Assembly (NCBI RefSeq): GCF_001194135.2
Contig: NC_068981.1
Coordinates: 166,437,913-166,470,753 of the forward strand
DNA from: Octopus bimaculoides
Taxonomy: Eukaryota
Length of the DNA stretch: 32,841 nt
Reading direction: 5' to 3'
This document shows positions 1-10,332 of the stretch, one piece after another. Numbering within the stretch: position 1 is the first letter of the stretch; the number at the start of each line of letters is the position of its first letter. Both the position numbers and the translations under genes were made by a program. Under the pieces are notes generated by a model. It did not search any database and was not told where the DNA came from. It was given only the letters and a program-made list of their open reading frames with translations.

Positions 1-203
1 GCGTGGCCATTTTCGTGCGGGTGACACGTAAAAGCACCCACTACACTCTCTGAGTGGTTGGCGTTAGGAAGGGCATCCAGCTGTAGAAACTCTGCCAAAT
101 TAGACTGGAGCCTGGTGTTGCCATCCGGTTTCACCAGTCCTCAGTCAAATCGTCCAACCCATGCTAGCATGGAAAGCGAACGTTAAACGATGATGATGAT
201 GAT
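1..203 (+). mobile_element. RTE-clade LINE 3' UTR end with (GAT)n tail; continues left of the window
   Basis: ggcgttaggaagggcatccagctgtagaaactctgcc...ccaacccatgctagcatggaaagcgaacgttaaacgatgatgatgat. The same sequence recurs inverted at 2074-2330, 6802-6960 and 24425-24588, and the latter two are attached to RTE ORF2 C-terminal coding sequence. CpGs are retained, suggesting a young copy. Confidence 0.85.
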
Positions 204-266
204 AGGTCACTAGTGAAACAGATTAAGAAATTATTCATGAAGATAAGAGTTTTCAATGATTTGCAG

Positions 267-319
267 ATTGTCAGGCGCCCAAATCTTGTGTAGACCATTC
301 CTTACTGGGAAGTGGAGGG
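267..319 (+). CDS. candidate internal exon (phase 1 to 0; xCQAPKSCVDHSLLGSGG), unknown product
   Basis: Acceptor gatttgcag at 258-266, donor GGG|gtgagt at 320, one open frame. No recognisable homology, and it overlaps an antisense candidate exon. Confidence 0.2.
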
Positions 320-428
320 GTGAGTTCTACATGGTTAGATATGAAGGAAATCTGCCCTGATAGGAAAAGAGGAAGGCTACAAAACCTTGCACTGCTTTAG
401 AGGAGGCCACCAATAGCATTAAGAGGTT

Positions 429-431
<3 letters not shown>

Positions 432-462
<31 letters not shown>
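432..462. repeat. (GT)n microsatellite
   Basis: Direct reading. Confidence 0.97.
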
Positions 463-465
<3 letters not shown>

Positions 466-639
466 GCAGACACTCAAAAATAAATATTATCCGGTAGCTT
501 GTGCCAAGCTTTCAATCCTTGTTTTAGACTCTATGTAGCCACAGCAGACAAACACCCTCTTGACTCTCCCATACATGATCCAGTAGAACATCAAGGATGT
601 AATACTTGGAGAAGAGAGAGAGAGAGATGCATCACCACT

Positions 640-762
640 CAGATGAGGAGACTGGGGTAATATAGAACAAAGTGCCTTGCTCAAGGACACAACATACTAC
701 CCAGTTCAGGAATTGAACCAATGACTTTATGATCATGAGCCCAACACCCTAACTTTGAGGTT
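640..762 (-). mobile_element. tRNA-headed SINE fragment (family D here)
   Basis: aagtgccttgctcaaggacacaac...ggaattgaacc...cccaacaccctaac; the reverse complement has tRNA-like A/B boxes. A related copy lies at 31880-32062. Confidence 0.65.
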
Positions 763-1312
763 ATGTGATAGACTAGTAGTTTAGGTGTTGAGTTTCCATC
801 TGTAATTTCTTCTCTATAGATTCAGTTATAAGTTATCAGCATACAGATGAAGTAATATACATGACTAGCTGGCCCCGTGTCATCAAAAATGACAGCTAAT
901 TGTATTTTATATATAAATATGGATGGTAAATCAAATTAATACACTTGTCAATGTTATCTAGTGATTGTCTTTCAAGAAGTGACATTGACCATTGTTTGTT
1001 ATTTAAAGGATGCTGGTTCACACATACAAACATTCACATACTTCCCTTGTACATGCACATACATATACTCACACAGAGTTGAAACGTTGTTTGATTTTTC
1101 TTTTCAGCATTGAATGTTCACCATCCCACTTCCATTGCACACCTCCCTTTTACATACAAGCACATATACTCACACAGTTGAATTGCTCCCACTACCAAAT
1201 TGCCATCACCTCTTCCTTCCTTATTCATCTATCATCCCTTCCTTTTTCCTTCATATGTTGGGACAGAGAAAAACACAAGTATTATTATAGTAGATAGTCA
1301 CTCGAATAATTA

Positions 1313-1840
1313 ATAGGGTAATACAGAGAGATGTTATACCTGATAACTGGCATAGCAGTATCAATGTCAACTGCTACAAAGACAGAGGGGATGCACTTGA
1401 GAGAGATTGTTGGATCAGGTTATGAAGCTTATGGAAAGAATCATAACATAATTGTTTAGGAACAGAAGTAATCTATATGATATGCAGTTTGGTTTTTTTC
1501 CAGGAACAATTGCCACCATTGTCACCTTCCTAGTAAGACAACTGCAAGAGAAATAAGTATTTAGCTAAGTCAAAAACATTAGCATTCATCATCTTGGATA
1601 AGGTCTTTGACAGAATGTCACACTCTATAATCTGGTGATCACTAAGGAACCTGGGTGTTTATGAACCACTTGTGAAGGCTGATACAAGCCATGTACAGAG
1701 GCTCAGTCAACAATGAGTTCGGTGATGAATTTTGTGTGCAGGTAGGGTTGATTCATCAATGGTTAATCCTCAGCTCTTTCCTGTTCATTATAGTTCTGCA
1801 TGTTATCACAGAGGAATTAAGGATGCTTTTCATGGGCCTT
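1313..1840 (+). pseudogene. degraded RTE-clade reverse transcriptase fragment
   Basis: Translates with stops and frameshifts as VIPDNWHSSINVNCYKDRGDALER..LLDQVMKLMERII..MQFGFFPG..FLVRQLQEK*YLAK..LDKVFDR..IW*SLRNLGV..FCVQVGLIHQ..LFIIVL. This matches RTE RT motifs (WxxSxxVxxYKxKGD, QFGFxPG, DLEKAFD, VGVHQGSxLSPxLF). Confidence 0.85.
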
Positions 1841-1859
1841 TCATTATATATATATATAT

Positions 1860-1963
1860 NNNNNNNNNNNNNNNNNNNNNNNNNNNNNNNNNNNNNNNNN
1901 NNNNNNNNNNNNNNNNNNNNNNNNNNNNNNNNNNNNNNNNNNNNNNNNNNNNNNNNNNNNNNN
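1860..1963. other. assembly gap next to (TA)n
   Basis: N-run. Confidence 1.
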
Positions 1964-2073
1964 AATAAAATAAGGTCATGATGGAAGATAATAAAAAAAA
2001 GAATGCAGAAACTGTTAAGAGAGATAAATACTGACTGAAAGTATCTCTAGGTCTATAAAGTAGAAAATCTATT

Positions 2074-2330
2074 AATCATCATCATCATCATCATTTAATG
2101 TCCGCTTTCCATGCTAGCATGGGTTGGACGATTTGACTGAAGACTGGTGAACCAGATGGCTACACCAGGCTCCAATCTGATTTGGCAGAGTTTCTACAGC
2201 TGGATGCCCTTCCTAAAGCCAACCACTCTGAGAGTGTAGTGGGTGTTTTTACGTGCCACCGGCACAAAGGCCAGTCAGGTGGTACTGGCAATGGCCACAC
2301 TCAAAATTGTGTATTTTACGTGCCACCGTA
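2074..2330 (-). mobile_element. 5'-truncated RTE LINE 3' end with (CAT)n tail
   Basis: catcatcatttaatgtccgctttccatgctagcatgggttggacg...gatgcccttcctaaagccaaccactctgagagtgtagtggg. Possible TSD gaaaatYtatt at 2063-2073 and 2334-2344 (1 mismatch). Confidence 0.85.
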
Positions 2331-2611
2331 AATGAAAATTTATTCATAAGCTTTTTAGCAAATGTTGAAAGTATTACTAAGCTAATTAAATTTAGGTATT
2401 CTTATTAACCACATAGTGCATATTATATTTATTTCTTGGCACTTCAGTTACAACACTCTTATATGAAGAAAATGAAATTGAAAGTTTGGATAAGTTATAA
2501 GGATTCTTGACTTTTGAATTTTACTGTTACATGCAATATATGGCAATTGTTTCAGAACTTTTGATATTTGAATAATTTAATAAATAGTGCAAGGAATTTT
2601 AATTTTCTTAC

Positions 2612-2640
2612 ATCTGACATAATCATTATCCTTAAATGAG
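2612..2640 (-). CDS. candidate 29-nt exon on the minus strand (SFKDNDYVR frame), unknown product
   Basis: Strong acceptor (tcttttcttgctctttttcag) and donor (GAT|gtaaga) on the minus strand. No homology recognised. Confidence 0.25.
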
Positions 2641-3046
2641 CTGAAAAAGAGCAAGAAAAGATTTATTTTTCTGCATACTGATTGTTTTGGTGTTAGAGGG
2701 TTAATGACATGCTGAGAACAGAAATAACAAATCTAATTTGATTTACTGTGCGGAATGTATGATGATTTAGCATCATGATTGTAATAGTTAGATGTGGTCA
2801 AAATATATACTGATGGTCATTAAGTTGAAAAATAAATTTAGACAGGAAGAATTCACCTGGGAAATTGTAGGTAGTAGATATATAAAGTTGGTGCTCAAGT
2901 GTTTAAGTGTGTTTGAGAGTGCATGTGTGTGTTTTCAATGGTATTTCTACTCATTAGTTTTCATTTTAATTTTTTATTGTCAAGCTCTGAGGCATACAAT
3001 ACAAACTCTCTACAAGCAGCCTTCAAACTTTTCTTTAAATTTTTAG

Positions 3047-3098
3047 CTGAATACATTTCCCATTGCTTATGCTACTTTTGGTCTTAAGAAAGATACAG
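3047..3098 (+). CDS. candidate exon (phase 0 to 1; LNTFPIAYATFGLKKDT), unknown product
   Basis: Acceptor ttctttaaatttttag, donor CAG|gtatct, single open frame. Confidence 0.22.
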
Positions 3099-3334
3099 GT
3101 ATCTCATGATACTTTCTTCCTTTTTTTTTTTTTATCAGCTTTTAAAATTATAAAATTTCTGTTGATATAATAAAAAAAGGGAAAATTTGTTGCTATTTCT
3201 AGCAGTTTGTGTAACCATAGATAGGTTCCATCAGGATACGAAAAATAGTGAACTACAAATATCCTCTTCTACACAGTATTGTTGATTGAAGGAAATTTCT
3301 GTAGAGATACTTTTGATAAGTACACAAATCAGTT

Positions 3335-3420
3335 GAGGCAAAGAGGGGAGCCTCTATATAGTCATTCAACATGCTAGTAGTAGCTAAATCTCTCTCAACT
3401 TAGACCTTACCATCTTAAAA
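3335..3420 (-). repeat. fragment of unclassified interspersed repeat (family E)
   Basis: gaggggagcctctatatagtcattcaacatgctagtagtagctaaatctctctcaa is the reverse complement of the 3' part of the copies at 15690, 23235 and 31465. Confidence 0.55.
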
Positions 3421-3867
3421 TTAGAGTACTAGTAAAATACTGGAGATGGAAAATTAAATACCAGTAAAACACTCAAGTTGACACAATTGACTATCCTTCC
3501 TAACAACAGTTTGTGGCCTCGTTGCCTAGCTTAGAAATCAATACTTGATTAAGTCCCTTCATATTTCATCTTATTTTGAGTTAATATCTCACCTTGTTTG
3601 ACTTTCCTATTTTCAGAATTAATGACATATCTGAATAGTGTGTGTGTGTGTGTGTGTGCGCGCACGTGCACGCAAGTATACCTATCCACTTCCTTTTTCC
3701 TAAACATTATACTATCCACTCCCCTTACAATTTGTGGCCTTGTTTCATTGAAAAATTAGTATCTATTATATTTCTGTCAGTCTACTGAATGATGTTTATA
3801 GTATCAATTTTTTTTTTTTTTTTGTACAGCATGAGAAATATTTACAAAATTAGCACTTATCACAGTA

Positions 3868-3956
3868 GCTTGGTGTAGTCTTCTACCTGGCTGGCTCCTG
3901 TCAAACCATCCAACCCATGCCTGCATGGAAGGCAGACATTAAATGACGATGATGAT
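3868..3956 (+). mobile_element. short old RTE 3' terminal fragment
   Basis: tcaaaccatccaacccatgcctgcatggaaggcagacattaaatgacgatgatgat, homologous to 140-203. Confidence 0.75.
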
Positions 3957-4645
3957 CATCATCATTGTTGGACACATTGTATCAAATAGTAATAGATAAA
4001 CACACAGATCAGGGGTAAAAAAAAAAACATAAAATGACTGGTTGGTCACTGATGGACTATCTGTGGTCATAGGTCATCTCAATCATAGCTGATCTTAGGT
4101 TAAACAACATAAATAAATGTGTTATTTGGAAAAGGCAACAGTAAGAGTGCAGGGAAATTGTTTTGGGTTATGGAGTATCCAAGGTTTCAGACTGAGTCCT
4201 TTCAAAGGGTAAAGATGACAAGAAGAAAATAATAGAAAGAGCTGAGTTATATTACATCCTTTATGTTTAAGAAACTGGCTGTAAGTACATTCAACATTGT
4301 GGAATTAGAATCAAAATAAATCAAAGCATACCAATATTTGGTATATTTCACGGTTATCTTATGTATCTATTTTATTTATATAAATCATATTATTATATGT
4401 ATTATATATATAGTAGTTTTTTGGTAGTTTTTTTTACTTATTTAGTCCCTCGATAGCGTGAGGCATTAATACACAGTTAATGCCCTTTTTATATATAATT
4501 AAATATATCTATGAAGAAACGATGAATTTTTTTCATTACGAAATTTTTCGTTATTTTTTCATTATGAGGTTTTTTCACGCTGACTACTTGATAAATCCTT
4601 ATAAAGAATTTATCCTATATTATATTATATATATATATATATATA

Positions 4646-4797
4646 TTGAAAATGGGGAAGGCCGGTTTATGGGAATACCTTAGGTTCCCTGTCCATAAAC
4701 GATTAAGCTTTATGGCGTATCATCAGATCCCAAAGCTGAACCCTTTATGGATGGGAAACCTAAGGTAATCCTATAAACCAGCCTTCCCCATTTTTGA
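4646..4797. mobile_element. palindromic MITE-like element, TA-flanked
   Basis: 66-bp ungapped inverted arms (4646-4711 and 4732-4797; 55/66 identical by hand), 20-nt loop, TA at 4644-45 and 4798-99. Confidence 0.75.
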
Positions 4798-4994
4798 TAC
4801 ATACTGCTCTACATCTTAGAGTGTGCTTCTTTCAGATTTATGTTTTCTACAAACAATCCTTTTTCTTTCCTGTTTTCTACAAATGATATATATATATATA
4901 TATTTATTTATATATATATATATTTATATATATAATGTGCGTGTGTGTGTGTATATATATGTATGTGTGTGTGTGTTTATATATCGTTTCGCAG

Positions 4995-5194
4995 CATGCA
5001 GCCTCCCAAAACCACCTACAACACAACAGTCTGTGTCTGATGGCTCAGAAGACTGTGGAGTTGAGCTCAGCAAAGCACCTTGCATAGAGCAGTGGTCAAA
5101 GAAGTCAGAAAAGTTGAAAATAACAAACAAAACCATTGAGTATAACCAAAATTCAAGAGGTTTAATTAAGAGGCCAATAACATTTATGGAATAA
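4995..5194 (+). CDS. candidate exon (ACSLPKPPTTQQSVSDGSEDCGVELSKAPCIEQWSKKSEKLKITNK...), terminal or ending at a weak donor at 5159
   Basis: Acceptor tttcgcag at 4987-4994 right after a TA/TG microsatellite, non-repetitive and GC-richer than the flanks, 66 open codons. No recognised domain. Confidence 0.3.
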
Positions 5195-5814
5195 ACAGTT
5201 CTTTAGAGAGTTCTTTCATTTACCTCTGAAATGTGTAGACTTCTTTATGTGGAGACATGTGGGATGGTGAGTCACTGAAGAGGTCACAGAATGTGTGACA
5301 AAAGATTTAAGATAAAGAACTCTAAAATGAGAATAATAATAAAGCTGAAGAGAAGAACCAGTATATAGTGCACAAATTTATTTATTAAATAAATAAATTA
5401 AATGACCATCCCGAAATATAACAATATCTGTTTCAACACATGATTTCTTATCACGTATCCTGCAAAATAAATACAAAAATGTGTATATGTAATATATAAT
5501 ATTATATATAGAGTCAAATATTAAAACAAACTGATATTTAGTATATTACATTTCTTAGTTATTATATAACTTGTATTACATGATAAATTTTAAATGTCAT
5601 TTGTGTTCCCTTTATATATATAGGAACTGTGTACATTGTGTGTGTGTGTGTGATCATATGCTAAAATTTCACTTCTATTATGTTGTGTCTATATTTGTTG
5701 ACAAATATAAGTTTTCAGTTCTAACCCAAGGCAAGTCTATTTATTTAATGAGATATTGGTTCCTGGTGGATTTCTTAATTATTTTCAAATGATTTTTACT
5801 ATGATATTATATAG

Positions 5815-6012
5815 AAAGGGGCAGAGAGAAAGTGACAAAATGGGAGTACTGAAATGCTTTGTAATAATTAGTTACATGTTATTATGTTCTGAGTTGGCCT
5901 TGCTTTCCACTCTCTGTGGCTGGAAAATTAAAGTACAAGTGAAGTACTGGAGTCAATATAATTGATTGTCCTTTCCTACCAAGTTAACTGTCTTGTGCCT
6001 TAGAAGTCAGAA
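5815..6012 (+). mobile_element. old degraded SINE (family B)
   Basis: ttctgagtt..ccttgctttccactc..aagtacaagtgaagtactggagtcaatataattga..tcttgtgccttag aligns to 20206-20438. Confidence 0.5.
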
Positions 6013-6481
6013 TTTAGTTATGCCCCTTTATATGTACGAAAATAGATTATCCCACCCAGTTTGACCTTGTTTCTAGGCTTAATGAAATAAGTATCTTGTA
6101 TGTAAGTAGAAGGTAAATTGACTGCTCCTCCCTCTCTACAAAGCATTATCCTATACTAAATTTCCCTTGACTATGTGTCCTATCACTAAAAATGACTGTA
6201 TTGTATTTACCTCGTTCTACTAAATTCATATGTATATGACATGTTTACAGTCTAGGATATAGTTGTTAAAGTAAGCATATATCATTTCTGTAGTAAAAGC
6301 ACTGAACTTTCATAGACTCTTTTATAGTTTTGGGGTTATTAACTAACTTCAGCATTCTTGTTTTATGTTCTTGTCTACAATTAAGTTTGTTAAATCTCTC
6401 TTTCTCTTCAAATATCTTATTTTTACATAAAAACAATCATATTTAGGTTTGGATTTGATTTTCATAAAGCTTCATTTTCAG

Positions 6482-6551
6482 TGCTGGGTTTTCAAAAACT
6501 GAAACTCTGTTAGAAATAAAGCCACGGAAAATGAATGCGTCTAAAAATATG
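6482..6551 (+). CDS. candidate exon (phase 2 to 0; AGFSKTETLLEIKPRKMNASKNM), unknown product
   Basis: Acceptor cttcattttcag, donor ATG|gtatct, one open frame, two CpGs retained in CpG-poor surroundings. Confidence 0.25.
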
Positions 6552-6801
6552 GTATCTAAAAAGGATTAGAGGTTAGATTAAACTTAAATCAAAGCATACA
6601 AAAAACCTGAGGGAGAGATTAATAATCTATAAGATTTAAATTATTATTGCTATAATTTGTCTCATGGTTTTTATTGTATAACCCCCTAATCAAATATGAT
6701 TGTATATTGTGCTGTTTTTAGGCATGGGTGCACAGCTGTTGCCTAGAGGCCTCATGGATCTAAGGACCCAATTCTGATCTATGTATCATTCTTGCTTGCT
6801 G

Positions 6802-7675
6802 TCATCATCATCTAACATCCACTGTCCATGCTGTCATGGGTTGGATGGTTTAACCAGGGATGGCAAGTTGGAAGGCTACACTAGACTCCAGTTTGATTTA
6901 GCATAGTTTCTATGGCTGGATGCCCTTCCTAATGCCAACTACTCTGAGAGTATAATGGGTGCTTTTACATGTCACCAGCATGGGTGCCTGTTGCGTGACA
7001 CCAGCATCTGCCATAACTATGATTTCGCTTGGCTTGATGGGGCTTCTTATAATGCCAAAGGTCTTGGTCATTTGTCATTGCATCCATGAGGCCCAGTGCT
7101 TGAAAGGTGTTTTTTACATGCCACCAGCATCAAGCCAAATTGCCTCTGTGAGGCCCAATACTCAAAAGGTGCTTCCTCCATGCCACTGGCATGGGTGCCA
7201 GTTACATAAAACCAGCATCAGCCACGACTATGATTTCACTTGGCTTGATGGGTTTTCTCAAATACAGCATATTGCCAAAGGCCTTGGTCACTAGTCATTG
7301 CTTCCATGAGGTCCAAACTTCAAAGATCATGCTTCACCACCTCATCCCATGTCTTCCTGGGTCTACCTCTGTCGCAGGTCCCCTCTACAGAAATCCGCAC
7401 TTTTTTACACATCTGTCCTTGTCCATATGCATCACATGACCATACCAATGCAGTCATCTCTCTTGCACACCACATCTGATGCCTCTTATACCTGACTTTT
7501 TTCTCAAGATGCTTATACTTTGTTGTACATGCACATTCAACAAAGCATGCTAACTTAATTTCTTCCAAGCCTACACTTGTCCTTGGTTGTCACAGCCCAT
7601 GTTTCACTGCCGTGTAGTATAGCTGCTTGTACAATGGCATCATAAAGTCTGCCTTTCACTCTGAGGGAGAGACCC
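6802..7675 (-). mobile_element. degraded RTE LINE 3' portion (ORF2 C-terminus plus 3' UTR)
   Basis: Minus strand reads GLSLRVKGRLYDAIVQAAILHGSETWAV..GVQER*LHWYGHVMHMDKD.. then VEGTCDRGRPRKTWDEVVKHDL, followed by the UTR and a (GAT) tail at about 6802-6815. Confidence 0.9.
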
Positions 7676-7865
7676 TTTCAATAAGTAAATACGATAGGAC
7701 CCAGTGTATTGATTTTTCTTGGAGCCTGTAATGCTGCCAAGACAGCTCTGACTATATGGACATGTGATCAAATGCATTCCATCTTTTTTTTTTTGTTTAC
7801 ATCTGACTAATGTTGCTTCCAGTTTTTACCCTTTTTTTTTTTTGTCCTTAGATGGTAGATGAGAT

Positions 7866-8000
7866 TTAAAGGCAGTGAATTGGTAAAATTGTTAGAATAT
7901 AGACCAGAAAAAAAATTTGTTTGATACTCTGAGTTTAGCTTTGCCATTTATGTCTCTGGGATCAATAAAATAAAACACGAGTCTAGGTTAATGGATTAGT
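7866..8000 (+). mobile_element. old degraded SINE (family B)
   Basis: aaggcagtgaattggtaaaattgttaga..actctgagttt..ctttgccattt..gggatcaataaaataa. Confidence 0.45.
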
Positions 8001-8519
8001 ATAATTGTTATTATTGGACAAAATGCTTTGCTGTATTTCTTCTGGCTCTTTACATTTTGAATACTTAAGCAGATGTGGTAAAATTGTATTCAGCTGACAA
8101 AAATATTATTTGAACTCAAAATATGTCTCAAATGCAGATATGTAACTGACAAATAGTTTGGCACTCTACAATGGCAACTTTGAATCTTTATATACAAATA
8201 CAAAAGAATAGTTTTTGATCTGGTGTAATGTCATAATGTATAATTAACTCTTTGGAACTGTTGCCAATTTTGAGTTTAAAGCTTGTTACACTAACTTACA
8301 CTTTATTTAATAATGATATTTTGTCTTAGGAATAAAGCATTCTAATGATGTAGTCTTATACTCCTATAGTTCATAAGTTTAAACCCTTGGCATTACAGTG
8401 GTTTCTTAAGCAAGAGATATAAATAGAACCATAAATGATTTTTCCATGAAGTGGGGGGGTTTCAACTCTTTTGAATCTCAATTATTCCGTGAGGACAACA
8501 ATCTATAATTAAAGTTCTG

Positions 8520-8893
8520 AAAGTTTACATCCCAATCACATGGTTCCAGGTTCAGTCCCACTGCATGGCACCTTGGGCAACTGTCTTCTATTATAGCCTC
8601 AGGCCAACCAAAGCCTTGTGAGTGAATGTGGTAGATGGAACCTGAAAGAAGTCCATTGTGTACATGTGTGTGTATATAAACGTGTGTGTGTCTTTTGTAT
8701 TTGTTTTTGTTCCCTGCATTAACAACTGGTGCTGATGTGTTTACATCCCTGTAACTTAGTGGTTTGGCAAAATAGACTGATAGAATAAGTACCAGGCTTC
8801 AAAAAATAAAAACTGGGGTTGATTTGTTTGACTAAAATCCTTCAAGGCTGTGCCCCAGTATGACCACAGACAAAAGACTGAAACAAGTAAAAG
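8520..8893 (+). mobile_element. near full-length tRNA-derived SINE with internal TG/TA microsatellite (family C)
   Basis: cacatggttccaggttcagtcccactgcatggcaccttgggcaa..ggtagatggaacctgaaagaag..(TG)n..gatagaataagtacc..ctggggttgatttg..gactgaaacaagtaaaaga. Related copies at 20462-20612 (-), 29219-29418 (+) and 10452-10536 (-). Confidence 0.75.
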
Positions 8894-8952
8894 ATATGTA
8901 CGTTAGTTATTGTTGATTAGATATGTCAGATCTAATCTCTCATTTGTCCCAG

Positions 8953-8997
8953 CTCTTGCACCCTACAAAGACATCAAACTCACTAGTTAGGCCAGGT
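8953..8997 (+). CDS. candidate 43/45-nt exon (LLHPTKTSNSLVRPG)
   Basis: Acceptor tctctcatttgtcccag; donor either CAG|gtgtaa (8995) or GGT|gtaagt (8997). Confidence 0.2.
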
Positions 8998-9235
8998 GTA
9001 AGTGAATGTTTTTCATTAGGGTTGATCAACCATATTTAAGCTTGTCAGCCAACTTTTCCCCTTCTGTAGGCATAATAATAAACTTCTGAACATTTGATGA
9101 ATGTTTAGAAACTATCTTAATACATATTCTCAAACATTGTTACTGTTACATATTTTATCAACTCTAACAAGATTTAAGTTTATATTTTTAAGTTATTGAT
9201 CTGCTGCTGAATCTCCGTCAACACACTAAAAAAAT

Positions 9236-9530
9236 AGTGAGTTTTGTGGATGTTCATTCTGCAAAGTTCTGACTGGGCTTGGAGTTACTGGTGCAGCAAA
9301 GAGGAGGGTTCTAAATTCCATTACTGAAACTACAGAGATGGCCACTAGGTGGCTTTACATGAAGAGGATAGACTAGTAGTTTCCTGCTACTGGGATGCAA
9401 GCTAGGACTTGACTAGTCTTGGCTGGCTCAGCTAAGTAGCAGGGTCTGATGTTGAAAGACCCCAAAATCCCCGAGACTCCAGAAGTGTTTCTGATGATGC
9501 ATCTCAGAGAGCATCAGTGAGATGTATCTT
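9236..9530 (+). mobile_element. 5'-truncated HERO/NeSL-type (RLE) non-LTR retrotransposon 3' fragment
   Basis: 9236-9376 reads SEFCGCSFCKVLTGLGVTGAAKRRVLNSITETTEMATRWLYMKRID* without internal stops. This matches the HERO C-terminus as I recall it (GFAGRSLCKVL..LGVTG..KxRAI....EAAEKAxRWLWIKR). The downstream gggtctgatgttgaaagaccccaaaatcccc..ctgatgatg resembles the HERO 3' UTR. Confidence 0.75.
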
Positions 9531-9540
9531 GGATCTTATG

Positions 9541-9871
9541 TATGAGGTGGTATGCCTTCCTGATCACTCATCGTCTTCCAGGGACATTCTTCTGCTTTTG
9601 AAGCACCTGTGCCACTTGAAATCTTCTGTACAACCCATTGCATTCATTGCTGTAAGTTTGCCAAAGCATGGTCAATGTCTCTGTAGCAGACTACAGCTTA
9701 CACGTGATCCCAAGAACACAGATTTTACAACTTGTGAAGTAAACTCATCAATGTCACTTGGCACACTGCCTTATGAAGGTCACTGCCAGCTCTCACTGCC
9801 ACACAACCATGTGCTGCTATCAGTTGGCATGCTACAGAACTAGTCAGGGAACTTTTTGATATCACCTCATA
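9541..9871 (-). mobile_element. internally deleted mariner (Tc1/mariner) element
   Basis: Ends tatgaggtggtat (9541) and tttttgatatcacctcata (9871) are inverted and include terminal TA. The minus strand reads KL*SATETLTMLWQTYSNE/AMGCTEDFKWHRCFKSRRMSLEDDE*SGR, the mariner N-terminal HTH region with its LEDDERSGRP motif. Confidence 0.85.
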
Positions 9872-9924
9872 CATGCTATCATTTATTGCTTTATCTACTT
9901 AAACTTCCACCGTAAAAAAATGAG

Positions 9925-9927
<3 letters not shown>

Positions 9928-9964
<37 letters not shown>

Positions 9965-10332
9965 ATAGAAAAGACAACAAAAGAAAGAAAGAGACCTCGA
10001 TATNNNNNNNNNNNNNNNNNNNNNNNNNNNNNNNNNNNNNNNNNNNNNNNNNNNNNNNNNNNNNNNNNNNNNNNNNNNNNNNNNNNNNNNNNNNNNNNNN
10101 NNNNNNNNNNNNNNNNNNNNNNNNNNNNNNNNNNNNNNNNNNNNNNNNNNNNNNNNNNNNNNNNNNNNNNNNNNNNNNNNNNNNNNNNNNNNNNNNNNNN
10201 NNNNNNNNNNNNNNNNNNNNNNNNNNNNNNNNNNNNNNNNNNNNNNNNNNNNNNNNNNNNNNNNNNNNNNNNNNNNNNNNNNNNNNNNNNNNNNNNNNNN
10301 NNNNNNNNNNNNNNNNNNNNNNNNNNNNNNNN

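Noticed and set aside
6959-7439. Two + strand ORFs sharing a duplicated peptide, suggesting a paralogous gene pair
   Set aside because: Antisense reading of the duplicated RTE tail and UTR.
9517-9843. 108-aa + strand ORF
   Set aside because: Antisense frame of the mariner relic.
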